Source: Vicugna vicugna (taxonomy: Eukaryota). From it: DNA of 64,000 nt. The DNA lies in the NCBI GenBank assembly GCA_013265495.1, contig MU057887.1, forward strand, positions 2,947,576-3,011,575, written 5' to 3'. The translations under genes were made by a program, and so were the position numbers. Shown here one piece after another: positions 12,691 to 24,565 of the stretch. The notes under the pieces are model-generated. The model did not search any database. It worked only from the letters and a program-made list of their open reading frames with translations, and was not told the DNA's origin. Within the stretch, counting starts at the first letter, position 1. Every line of letters starts with the position of its first letter.

Positions 12691-13479
12691 CACGCGCTCT
12701 TGGTCTTGGAGGGGAGGATGCTCTCCCAGACTGCGGTTGGGAAGAGGTAAGGAGTGTGTTCTTTTATCACCGGCTCTGTGCCCAGTGTTTAAAACCTGCT
12801 GTCTCATTTAACCTTCCAAGAATTCTGCCTGGAAGATGGTTTGTAAATGAGCTAACGGACTAAGGACGCAAAGCTAGCAGCTCCTGGAGTGGGAACCCAG
12901 GGCCCCAGCCTCCCCGCCGCGGTCCCACGTGTCCTGTCGTGGGTGAGGACAGTCCCTGCCAGCCAGGCCTGGGCAGATCGCGGCCGGCCTGCTGAAGAGA
13001 CTCGACTTTGAGGTTGGGCTGGGACTATCAGTTGCTGCGGAAAGGAAGGACCCAGGTGTCTGACTAAGGAGCGTGACCCTCATCCTGATAGTGGCGGGAG
13101 CAGTGGCTCGTCCAGGAAGGGGGTGGCAGGCACGTGGGCCACAGGAAGGGGCCCCGGAGCGGGTGAGGCTCGGGGGGGAAGAGCACTCAGCTGTGTGGCA
13201 GCGGCTGCACTTGCGACCTTTGTCTCATTCGAGTCCCAGAAATATTGGTTGTACCAAGAGGGAACCAGGGGGCCGTGAGGAGAGCAAAGCTGAGCAACGA
13301 AGGGTTGGTATAATTATATTAACAGTGTGTCCACCGCCATAGAAAAGAGGACACACGGCCGCGCTGTGTGGACTTTGAAAATCACCGTCTCCCCCAGAGG
13401 AAGTGGATTCCAAGGTGTCTCCAACGCTTCCCCACCTGCACCGCCAACCCTCGTGGTTCTAGGGAAGCAGGGAGCGCTG

Positions 13480-13960
13480 GCGGCGTCCCGGGACGTGAGA
13501 GCGACACGGGGCGGGGGGGACGCCACCAATTTAAAGCCAGATTTCTTCATTTAGGAAAGCAAGTTCGTAAAAAAAATCCCTTATACTCAAGGTGAAGGAA
13601 ATCTCATGTGAACAGAAGTTCGGGAAATGACGAGCCGCTCGGGAGGCAGCATCTGACCGCGCGGCCCGGCCCACCGCGAGCTGGGCGGCGAGCCGGCGAC
13701 GCCCGGACGGAGCGGGGAGACTCGGGACAGGCGGGCCATGCGGGCCGGGCCCTGGTCGGTGCGCGCGCAGGGGCAGCGCCGAGGCTAAACAGCCTTGGCG
13801 ATTACGGACCCCAAAGTCCCGCCAGCGGAAGTAAGGGAAGCACGCCGCCGCGGCGGGGGCCGGGGGCGCGCGCAGAGCCGTCAGCAGCGCGCCCGCACGG
13901 CCGCACGCAGCAGCTCGGGCCATCCGCGCTCTTGTCCTTTCCGCTGCAAGGGGTCTTCAG
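13480..13960. promoter_or_regulatory. CpG island with promoter-type motifs (no associated gene recognised)
   Basis: Dense CpG; GC box GGGGCGGGG 13508-13516, CCAAT 13526-13530, TTTAAA 13530-13535, ETS-type CGGAAGT 13826-13832. Confidence 0.55.
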
Positions 13961-14800
13961 GAACTAACGTTTCTGTGGTTAGGACCGCAGAGCAACAGTC
14001 CCCTCTGCTTTGCTGCAAGTCATTTTTTCACGTTAGACATACTTCAAATTAAATGACCTAACTTGAAAACACGTAATGAATGGCCCGCCCCCTCCTCCTC
14101 CCAGCCGCCTGCGTCCGCGTGGGGAGGTCCCCTCGTGTGAAGACAGGCTTCCCAGTGGGTGGGGCTCGGGGGCTACTGTGCGTTCCGCAGGCGAGCGCCC
14201 CAGACAGACGGGGCTGCAGGGTGGAGCCGGCTCCGCGCTGGGCAGGTGTGAAGACAGGAGCTTCTGGAAGGAGAGGAGGGGGGAGCAGGCGGGCACGTCT
14301 CCTCTCCCCGCCTGTCACCCCTGCCAGGCCCTTAGCAGGACTCTGGCCCCGGGCTGCTCAAAGCCAAGACCCCAGGACGGGGTCTGCACTGCCCCCGGAG
14401 GTGGGGCAGGGTGGGGCGGAGTGGGGGTAGCTCCCGCAGGCCCAGCTCTTCTCTGCACAGAGCAGCGGGCCCCTGGGGCTCTCTGGGAGCAGCTGGGACA
14501 CTCCTAGGCTGGGACAGTGTGTGTGACAGGTCGGCTCTGGCCATCAGAGAATCCAAAAGAGACGGCCTTGGGGGTCAAGACAGAGGCACCCAAAGCCGGA
14601 CTGGTCGCACTGTGGTTTCCATAAAAGTCCACGAGTGATCTGACCGGCCCTGGCCCGTGGTGGGCACTCCGCCCTGGGCTCCAGCCCTCCTGACAGCCCT
14701 GCGGGGACCCTGAGGGACGGAGGGCCAGCTGGGCCTGCGTTTCCACCAGCTTTGTGGTCTCTGACTTTGGACATCTTTTCTGAAAGTAGTAGTCTGACCC

Positions 14801-14848
14801 ATGTGTGCGCGCGTGCACGTGTGTGTGCACGCGTGTACATGTGTGTGT
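14801..14848. repeat. Uninterrupted 48-bp purine/pyrimidine alternation (Z-DNA-prone)
   Basis: atgtgtgcgcgcgtgcacgtgtgtgtgcacgcgtgtacatgtgtgtgt. Confidence 0.85.
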
Positions 14849-17364
14849 TTACACTTGCGAGTTTGTATTTGACACTGGGGTGTGTGTGTCTGTGGTTTAT
14901 TGAAACTGAATTTCTTTGAATCGCTAAGAGCTACCATTCTCTCTCTCCACACACCCCTGCTCCCGCCTCGGTGGCGCCTCCATCAACAATCTGTCAGCCT
15001 GTCAGTTACCAACCACTCGAGGCTTGAATGGCGTCCGTGGTCACAGCGGGCCGGGCGGGGAGGCTTGGCTGGCTGTTCCTTCTCGCAGGAAGCGATCTCT
15101 TGGGTAACGTTGAGGGGTCTGGCGTGATTTCATCTCACAACTGCCCCCTGCCTCCGAGGAGGGGCGCCCCCTCCTCCCGGCACCGAGGCGACGGCCTTCT
15201 CTCCTCACAGACGCGACCCGCACCAGGACAGGGACGTGACGGAGCATGGCCATCGATGGGAAGTGGTGCCGCTTCCAACACGCCCGAAGGAAGCCACCGC
15301 TTTACAAACCAGTCCAGCAACAGTGAGACGAGAATCATGAGAAAAGCAAAGTCCTAAATCACAAGGTAAGATAATGAAATACAATCAACACGGACATAAT
15401 GGCGGTAAGTGGGCCTCTGATGCCCTCTGTGTTTTAAGATACAGGGGGAAACACCCTCATCGAACTCCAGTGAATCACTTGGGTTTAATCACTAGAATAT
15501 AAATGGAATTTATGGTGCCATCGGAGAGACATTCTTTAAAGTAACACATTAGCTCTGCGTCTGTGACAGGTCAGGGAAAAATGGCGTCATTTCAGGCTTG
15601 TTTATTTAATTTATGTTAAAATTAATCGTTTATTAGTTTTCTATGTTTGAGCATCGCCTTAGAGCATCCATCACGCCTCTGTTTCCTTTTCCTACCTTCA
15701 GAGGTGATTTTGCGTCTTTATCTTCTTTTTGCCGACTCACATAGCATCACAGATTTGTCTGGAAGGATCCAAGTGGGCCTTCCCCCTTCCCCACGGTCAC
15801 GCTGCCTTCAGGACCGGAAGGCCTGGCCACTCAGGTCTCCGTTTCTGCATCGTCAGTGGGAGAAGAATCCACCTGTCTGTCTGCCTCTCTCCCCTGGGGC
15901 TGGTGGCCCCACGTGACTGGGTCCTCCCAGCCCTGCGAGGGGGGTCCTGCTGGGATCCCATTTTCCAGACAGGAAGTGGGTCCCAAGACAAGGCCTGCCA
16001 CGGTCACTGGAAGCCAGCCCCAAACCCAGGGGTCCCATTTCAAAGCTGGAGCCACCAGGAGCTTCTAAGTCGCCAGGCACCGTGAAGCCACTCCCCAGGA
16101 TGCAGAAGCTCACAGACCCACCATCGCTCTGTTCTCAAGAGCTGTTGGTGGTGGTTGCAATGCAGAGGTGGCCAGAGCACGACCTGGGGACTCTCACTGC
16201 AAATAAGTTAAAACCGAACCACAAGCTGCATCTCCAGGAGGGTCAGGGGGCTGCGTGGGGGATCCCCCTCCCTGATCCTCCGATGTTCTCCCACCTCCCA
16301 GCCGGTCTGGCCAATGGGCTGTGAGGGGCGCGGCCTGGGTCACTTCTGGGCTGGGGCACAGGTGCCCGGGCTGCTCCTCTCCCGGGCCGCTGTCCATCCA
16401 AGCTCACAGCAGCCTGCGTGCGCATCCCTACGGGGAGGGGACTGCCCCCAGGCCACGTGACCATGCGGGTTGGAGTGATGGGACGTCAACACCACTGAGA
16501 ATTCAGGGCTGGATTCCCCCTCTGCCTGCCTGTGGCACCCTCGCCACACAGAAGCGGGTTCCTGGGGAGGCACCCAGGTGCTGGCACCAGCAGCAGTGAT
16601 GGGGACCCTGTCTCAGCCTGGGAACGGGGGCCCAGGTGAGTGGGTGAGACCATGGGAAGACTGAGCCTGGGAAGGTGAGGGGTGGTATGTGGACCCTGCA
16701 CCTGTGGGGGCCCCTTCCTCTCACCCGGCACAGGTGCTCTGTCTCCACAAGCCTTTCTCTCTGCAGCAGCTCCTGCTGTTCCTGACTCTTCTCGGATGAC
16801 TGGACCGTCCACTCTGGGTGGAGGGTGGGCCTTGACTGCCCCTGCTCCCCGCCTCAGAGGCTGACTCTCAGAGGCCTGGAATGAAGGGATGACTTGGCGG
16901 GGGGTGGGTGCCCAGCTACCGGGGCCGGGGCGCCGTCCACGCGGGCAGAGGCAAGGGGAGGTCCCTTGGCGGGCCGTTAGCCCAATTTGTTTGTGCCCCG
17001 GGTTTGGATGAGATTTGGAGGCAGTCCGAGCTGGGTTTGCCGGTTTTGTGGGACTCTTTCTCCTGGCACAGGCCCCCCTCTTTGACATCCCGGGGACTCA
17101 AAAGGGCTATTCGAGGGAGCAGTTTGCAGACTCTGGGATCCCTGCTCCTCTGCACCCAAGGACATTAAAGTTCTCCCTCTGTGTCTTTTCTGGGTGACAG
17201 GAGACAGTCAGGGATGTGCACCTGGTCCCTTTGTCCTATTAGTGGGAAGCCCTTGGTGTGTCAGGAGCCGTGGGCCCAGAGTTAGGGGAGCCGAGCCCCG
17301 CCGTGCATCTGACCCTGCGTCACCAGAGAGACTCCAGACCCGCGATGCCCAAGAGGAACAGGAC

Positions 17365-17640
17365 ACCAGTCAACTGTATAATTTGAAATTTTCCACTGGT
17401 CACACTCAAGAGGGAAAACAGGTGAAATATTTGTATTTTAATCATCTATTTAATTTAATCCAATTATCCAATTCTCATCATTTCAACACGTATCCAATTT
17501 AAAAACTGATGAATGAGCTGGTCCAGCCTCTCTTTCTTGTGGTGCCTTTGATACACGATGCATGTACACGTGGGGCTCGCATCTCTACTTGGACTCTCCT
17601 GGGCTCAGGTGCTCAGTAGCAGCACATGCTGCAGCCCCTG
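17365..17640. mobile_element. MER33 (hAT-Charlie MITE)
   Basis: aatttgaaattttccactggtcacac...aaacaggtgaaat...tcatttcaacacgtatccaatttaaaaa...gtgctcagtagcagcacatg, colinear with the recalled MER33 consensus. Confidence 0.7.
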
Positions 17641-18024
17641 CAGAGGGGTGGTCTCGGGCACCCTGGCCGGATGCCCCCGGGAGAGCAGAGCCGTCCAGCA
17701 GCCCCCAGCCCCAGCCCGCCGCCAGCCCTGGGCTTGTCTCCAGAATCAGCGGTGGGTGTCCCTGAGAGACACCTGTGAGGTGCGGGTGCCCAGCTGGGAG
17801 CAGGTGGGCTTGTCCCGAGTCCCAGGAGAGCAGCCCCTCCCTTAAGAAGCCCCCTTGCAGGACAGAGAAAGCAGAACGAGGAGGTGTGTCCTGGGAGGCG
17901 GCAGGACTTGCTGAAATCCACTGACACCAATGCACACAAAACGTCAGTTACATTTCATTTCACTGGCACCAAAGCCAGACCTTCCCTGGCATCAAGGGAA
18001 GAATTTCATGTGAAAAAAAAATGC

Positions 18025-18300
18025 TAATTTATTAATTCAACTGATACCAGGCTGTACGTGCTATGTGCCCCGCACTGGGATGCAGACCATAGTGAGACAG
18101 GTGCCGGCCCCGGGGAGTCACTTTCTCACAGGGGGATGGCCGTGTGTGCACAGGAGGGTGGAGCTTGCCCGGCCCTGGATAATTAAAGACCTTTTTGAGG
18201 TGGGTCTTGAAGGTAGAGTAGGAGTTTGGGGGACGAGTCTACCTGGGAAGCAGGACCAACATGTGACAACAAGGGCACTGAAAGGACAGAGCATGTTGGA
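18025..18300. mobile_element. L2 3' end fragment
   Basis: tttattaattcaac...tgtgccccgcactgggatgcag...gaggtgggtcttgaaggtagagtaggagttt. Confidence 0.6.
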
Positions 18301-19179
18301 GAGGTGGACGTGGAGCGTGCCTGGTGGGGGAGCAGGGGGAAGGCCGGAGGCGGACGGCAGAGCCCTGGGGTGCAGCTCCACCTCCCAGGAGCACCAGAGA
18401 CGGGCTGCGGCTGGGATGCTGACGCGTCCGCTGCACTAGCTTCCCTGAAACAAGTGGGAGATGGCAGGCACGCTTTGTGCTGTCAGCTGCGGACGCTGGA
18501 CAGAGTGCTTCAGCAGTAACCAGGATGCGGGTCCCTGTGACCTCTGTGCTGCCTCTAAGCACCTGTTGCCTAAAACTATCTGGGGTTCCCGCTCCCCGTG
18601 GACCGGTGCCTCGGGTTTGGCTGTTCTGCCTGCACAACAGGTGAGGAAATTCACTCCCCATCAAAGGGTCCCCTAAAAGGTGGTCCTCGCTGGACTCCTC
18701 GTGTTGCCAGAATCCCAGTTCTGTCGCTAATGTGTCGCAGAATCACACAGAGCTCTGGCCCCGGGACAAGCGGAGGAGCCACAGGCTTGGGCTCAGCGGG
18801 CCTGCCGGGAGCCAGGTCCACGCGCAAGTGTGGGTCAAGGGCCGCGCCGGGTGTGCCTGGGACGCCAGGCCACAGACTCCTGTGCCCGTCCCAGCCCAGG
18901 CCCAGTGCTCCTTAGTTCTAGAGCTGGAGGGAAGCCCAGCAGCTGGTGAGCCCACAGCCAAGGGGGGGGGGTTCAGCCATCACCTCCAGCGTGGCCCTTC
19001 CAGAAGGTTCCAGAGACAAAGGGGCCTCTGATCAGGGCACGTGGCTCCTGCGATCGCTGGCACATTCCCAGGCCCCTGGAAGTAGGCAGTGGGGTGGGAA
19101 AGGGCACCTGTGGGCTTCTCCTAGAGATCGGACCTCTCTCTCGGTGCTGAGGAGAGCGCCAACATGGGTTTTGGAAACC

Positions 19180-19600
19180 CTCTCTGGGATGATTGGCTTC
19201 GCGTGTCGCCGTGACTGGGCTGAGAGGATGCCCAGGTATGTGGTAAGCGGGATTCTGGGTGTGTCTCTGAGGATGTGGACGAAATAGAGCAGGTGGCCGT
19301 CCCCAGCCTGGGGGTGTCCTCGCCCATCAGCTGAGGGTCTGTGCAGAACAAAAAAGGAGGCAGGAAGGAGCCCCCCTTTCCCGCTGTAACACTGAGCCGG
19401 GACACCCCATCTCTTCTCCTGCCCCGGACTGGGATGGCCCCCCCGGCTGCCCCAGTCCTCAGGCCTCCAGGCTCACATGGATGGCATCCCCAGCTGTCCT
19501 GGGGTCCAGCTGCAGGGTGTGGGACTTCCCAGCCTCCCTCACCACGGGGGCCAATTCCTGCAACGGTTAAGTTTCTTTCCGTTTCTCTGGAGAACAACCT
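19180..19600 (+). mobile_element. MLT2 (ERVL) solo LTR
   Basis: gtgactgggctgagaggatgcccagg...ttctgggtgtgtctctgagg...catcagctgagggtctg...aaaaggaggcaggaagg...tgtgggacttcccagcctcc...tttctctggagaac. Confidence 0.75.
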
Positions 19601-19607
19601 CCAAATC

Positions 19608-19812
19608 CACTTTGCTAGATTTAGCAAATAAAATCACAGGAGGCCCAGTGAACTGTGAATTCCAGATACGCAATGAACATATTTTTAGTCTGAATATGGA
19701 CTATTGTACATGTAACGTGCATGTAAAAGGCGGGACCTACTTCTACTAAGATGTAACTTCTGCTGACCTGGAATTGAATATGACTGGACACACCGTATGT
19801 TATCCAACAGTC
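19608..19812. mobile_element. MER53 palindromic hAT MITE
   Basis: tagatttagcaaataaaatcacaggaggcccagtgaactgtgaattccagatac...ctggaattgaatatgactggacacaccgtatgttatccaac; ~200 bp, degenerate inverted symmetry. Confidence 0.7.
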
Positions 19813-20374
19813 TGTCCCGAGTACGGCGAGGACTACAGTGCGGCGGCACGAGGGAGGTTCCGGGTGAAGGAGCCGCTCTCTGTGCAGACGGCGGTGACAG
19901 GGCTCTGGGCACCTGTCACACAGGTAACGACCTGTGCTCTCACACACACAGCCGCGGCCCAGGCAAGGGGCAAGCAGCTCCCCGTGCAGTCAGGCCTGGG
20001 GCGGGGGGTCACAGGAAGACAGAGCAGGGAGGCCGGGGACAGACACGCTTGCGTAAGGCTTTATTGTGTCTGTGAGTCCGCACCAGCACAGCACCTGGCA
20101 TCTGAGCGCTCAGCGATCTGCGCTGAGATAGTCGAGTTTTAACCCCCCACGTTCACCTTCCCCATTTGCTGCCGGAGCAGTTCTTTGTCTGAAGGCCAGA
20201 TCTGATTATGTCGGCTGTGTGCTCGAAAGTCTTTGCTGCCTGACTCCTAATAAACTTGAAATTTGACATCTTAGCCGGAGGTTTGTGACCGCCTCTGAGA
20301 GGTGCTGCTCTGCTTCTCAGACGTCTATCCCTCCTTCTGTAGAGAGGTGTGGTTTTACCCAGCACAGACGAGCC

Positions 20375-20680
20375 CTCCTCTGAAGGGCTACATTCCCAGC
20401 CTACTGTGCAGTGCGACCTGGCCAGGTGTGGGTTCTGGCCAATGAGATGGCAGCAGAAGTGTAGTATGGGATTCTGGGAAGTCCCAGGAAAGCAGATATG
20501 ATGGTTGGAGCACCAGCAGCCACATTGGACCCTGAGGCAAAAATGATAAGTCTCAAAAGGCAGCAAGACAGAAGGGCCCTGAGCCCTGGACGACTCCACA
20601 GCCACCAGGCCCACCCTGGGCCACCTATCCATGTTCACAGGAGGGGAAGTGGCCCTCCATATTGTGTAGGCCCCCATTCC
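20375..20680. mobile_element. Old MLT1 (MLT1H-K type) fragment
   Basis: ttcccagcct...ttctggccaatgagatggcagcagaagtg...gatggttggagcaccagcagccacattggaccctgagg. Confidence 0.6.
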
Positions 20681-23539
20681 TTTTTTCCGTCTCTTTCCTG
20701 GCACACACAGTCAACCCTAAATCTAAACAGCACCATCTCTCTGTAACTTTTCATTCGTCCATTACATTTCTTGCCTGGCACTCCTGGAAAAGGCCTTGCA
20801 CTGTCTCCCTGGGGTCCTTTGCTTTCTTCCAGGCTCACCTGCCAGGAAATTCTTTCTTTCTCCTCATTAGGCTCCATTCAATCCCACCCCCCACCCCCCG
20901 TTATCCCCAACGTGGAAGCAGCCCTGTGTCCCTTTATGATCTGCAAGGCCACATCTGTGGCTCCGTGCGCTCCTGCTCCCATCCAGCTGAGCCCCTGCCC
21001 TCTCTGTCCCCCATCCATTCGACAGAACGTGGTCCTCCCTGGGCTGGAGTGACAGCAACACACCACTGCCACTTGTTCCACTAGCCTTGTGAGGCTTGCT
21101 GTTCCCGGGGGGACAGGGAAGCCTGTGCCACGGGGTCACCCCCGGCTGACCCCAGATGGAGCCTGTAGCTGAGGATATAAAGGGGTCAGATGCATCCTGG
21201 GCCCAATGCTGGGACGGGGGTACATCAGTGCCAACGCCACGTGAAGGGGCTGAGACAGGCCCTGAAGGTCAGTTCCTCTGAGATCAGCCCAGCCACTGGC
21301 CGCGTGTCCCTCTTGGCCTGGTTGCTGGTGCATTTTGAGTCACCTTCCAAAGTGTATGTCCAGAAACCAATCAGCTGACACCACGAAAGCGCTGCTTTGT
21401 GGGAAGTCATTCCCCATGCAGGCACGCGGTGACGCTGAACGTGTGTTTGAGATGAAGTAACAGATTGCTTAACTGCTTCTACACCCGAGAGGGGTCACCT
21501 CCTACCGCCGGGCCCATCATCTCAGGCCAAACTTCCAGCGTCACTTCGTGCCCCCTGAACAGCAAGGCCGCTGCAGGCCGGCAGCACACGCGTGTCTGAG
21601 CGCCCTTCCTGCAGGAGCGGGGGGCAGTCAGGACGTGCTGGGCTCCAGGCTGGTGCAAGGTCAATAGTTCCTACGGCCAGGAATTGACAGCTTTTGTGTC
21701 CAGGTGTGGCCTTTTATTTTCAAACGAGCGTTCTCACCTGGGTCTTCAGCACGGCCTGTGCCCCGGGGCTGGACCCCGGCTGCAGCTGTGAGGGGGTGCC
21801 CTGTGCACCGCATCGCTCCATAAGATTTAGGGTCTGGTCGGGTGTGAGTGTGGCCCGTTCTCTGGGGACAGTAGCAGCTTCTCTGAACTTCTCTGCTCAA
21901 GCAGAGAGGGAGAGCAGGATCCAGGCCCCGGGGGCGAACCCCCACACCCACCATCATCAAGTCACTCGACAAACACTCATCAGGCCTCTTCAGGGCTGCC
22001 TCCCACCTTCCCTCCCCCTTGGGCGCTGTCCTGCCCCACCTCCCCAGGAAACGGCTCTGGTCTGGTCCCCGTGACTCCCCGTCCTCATCCAAACACCCAG
22101 CTTCTCGGCCTCCGGGTGCCCGTGTCCACATAAGAGTCCTCAAGTCCTGCCCTGCTGTCCCTGCTCTCCGTCCCCTCCTGGACCTCACCTGGGCGGGTCC
22201 TCAGGGAGGCCCCAGGCCTCACGCTGTCCCTCCTCGCCTGGACCCCAGGTGGCCTCCTCCCCTGTGGCTGGCAGGCCAGGCTCCAGCTCGGCGGCCTCTC
22301 AGCTCCAGGCGGCCTTGCGACTCCACCCGTGCTGTGTGCCGGGCGCTCACCCGGGACCTTGACCCCTGGCCGTCCGGCCCCACCTTCCACGTCACGTGGG
22401 ATTCAGACGCCCCACCCCAGGCCAGGCCACCTCCACTCCTCTTGTTAGAATTGGCACACTGAACGTCTACGTGCACCGAAACCCCTCAGATGACGTTGAG
22501 ATTTTTATTCAATCGTCATACGTTTTCTGCACATGGTCTCCTGGTTTCCCAGATGGCCGACCCTCCTGCTGGCCCCCCACCCCAATTCTCACACCTCCGG
22601 TCCCCCGCAGGGGTCGAGCCCCTCCCGTCTGGAGAGCCCCCTTTAGCCTTTCTTTTAGAGCACGCTGCCGCCAATGAGCTCTACTTACGCCTCTTCTGAG
22701 AATGGTCTCACGTCATCGCCAGTCCGGAGAGAGACGGGGTCCCTGCTCCCGGGACGAGAGGCGCCCGGTCAGCGAGAAGGCTCCCGCTCCGAGGCTCAGC
22801 GTCTGCCTCCCGAGGCCACCCCTGAGGCCACTGCTGTGGCCCCACTGGAGTGGGGGGGAGGCTGGAGAGGGGGGCAGACAGGGGAAACAGGAAGGGGGCG
22901 TCTCCTCTGCGCTCCTCTCCTTGCACAAGAGTGAAGGGCCTGTCTCGGGGCCACGTCTGGCTACCCCGGGGCTCCCTTCTCCGCTGGGCGGCCCTGGCCT
23001 GCAGGCAGGCGACGCCGGGGACAGAAGGGAAGAGAGCCTCAGCTCCCCCTGGGCGGGGACCTTCATGCCCGGGGCTCTTTCCCGACGCACCTGTTGCACC
23101 TGTCCGGTGCCCTTCCGGGTCCTCGGGTGCGGCTCCCGGCTTCTCTCCAGGCCGTGCAGGCCGTGCAGCTGTGGCGGGGCAGGGCGGGCCACTCCACGGC
23201 CCCGAACCACGACGTCCCACGTGTGCCCTCTGAGGTGCTCGGTCTCAGCGCTCCCTCCCTGTGCTGATGAGAGCTTGAATGCAGCAGTGCTCCCGTCCGC
23301 GGCGCACGCACGTGGGTCCGTGTTTCCCCCATCGGCTCTCCGGTCTGCCCTCCTGTGCGCACACTCCCCTCCCCCTGGATCTGACCTCCATGCAGAAAGC
23401 AGCTGTTAGGGTCACGCCCCGCAGGCCGGCTGCTCTTCCGCTGCCCCGTCCTCTGTGTCGCCCTGATCCGCTCCACCTGTCGCCGTGGTTCACGCATCCT
23501 CACGGCTTCTGACCGTTCCACTGGGAGGTCAGACCCCAT

Positions 23540-23830
23540 CTCAGCTCCATGCGGCTCCCGGCCAGCGTTTGGGTGGTTTCCCGTTTCTGGAGATTGTGAA
23601 CGTCTTTCCATGTGTGGACACACGTGAGCATTTCCAGAGTCCATCTCTGGGCGTGGGATCGGTGTCAGCAAGTGGACATCACTTTAGCCTCAGTGGGCAT
23701 TATCACCTTTTTAAGGTCTTGCCCCAATCTGTAATCTCATCAGTGCCGCAGGGAAGTTCTGTCTGCTGCTCAGCTGCACAGATACGCAGCGTCTCCTGTC
23801 TTCCCATTGCGTCACCTGCTGGACGTGCCC
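23540..23830 (-). mobile_element. L1ME-type 3' fragment
   Basis: tttgggtggtttcccgtttctggagattgtgaac...gggatcggtgtcagcaagtggacatcac. Confidence 0.45.
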
Positions 23831-23859
23831 TGAAGTTGAGGACGTTCATCAGCCACTAG

Positions 23860-24396
23860 TCCCCCGTCGGCCCTGCACCAGGCCGCAGCTGAGACAGGAG
23901 GGGAGGGGCAGGACACGGCCGCTCAAGGAAGGACACGGCAGTTAGTCCTGAGACGGTGGAGAATTCCACTCCCAGGAGACGGGAGGCCCAAGATGGCGGG
24001 AGCTGACCCCCAGGCGACCGTGACCTTCCTGGTCTGCTCGCAGTGGTGTATGAGCACGTGGTTGGCGCTCCCACAGGCGCCCTGATGGCTCTGAGGCTGA
24101 CCCTGAAAGGGCAGAGTGGGTGGGGCCTGGGGTCCCCGGCCCTTCCCCAGAGTGGTGGGAACAGTCCTCCCACTCATCACCATACGAAGTCACCGAGCCG
24201 CCAGACACTGTCACCCCGGCGCCTCCCTGCCGCCTCCCTGCCGAGTGAGACGCCTGCGCTCAGTCCACGGGGTGCGTGTCTGAATAAACCTGCTTTCACT
24301 CTCTTGTGGATTCTTTCCTGTGGGAATCCAGGACCCTCGCTCGGTGGGGTGTGTCCCAGGGACTCCCCTCCTCTCGCCCGCCTTGCTCCTGCATCA
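23860..24396 (+). mobile_element. MER41-like ERV1 solo LTR
   Basis: ccaagatggcgg...ctcccacaggcgcc...gaggctgaccctgaaagggc...cccttcccc...cctcccactcat, then AATAAA (24283-24288) cctgctttcact...ttctttcctg...ccaggaccctcgct and terminal CA at 24396. Block order matches MER41-family LTRs; the 5' boundary is uncertain. Confidence 0.65.
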
Positions 24397-24484
24397 CTCG
24401 CACTTAGAGTGACTGATGCGGGTCTGTGGAGCTGAAACTAATGCGTCACCAGGGATGCAGTCGGACTCCGTTGGGCTGGTTCCG

Positions 24485-24565
24485 TGAACACACACACCTG
24501 CACGTAGATTCACACACACACAAGTGCACACAGCGTCTCTCTCACAGACCCACACACACACACAC
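24485..24565. repeat. Imperfect (CA)n microsatellite
   Basis: acacacacctgcacgtagattcacacacacaagtgcacac...cacacacacacac. Confidence 0.7.

Noticed and set aside
21420-21432. 13-nt match to mature miR-124 (aggcacgcggtga)
   Set aside because: No complementary 5' arm or precursor context; chance match.
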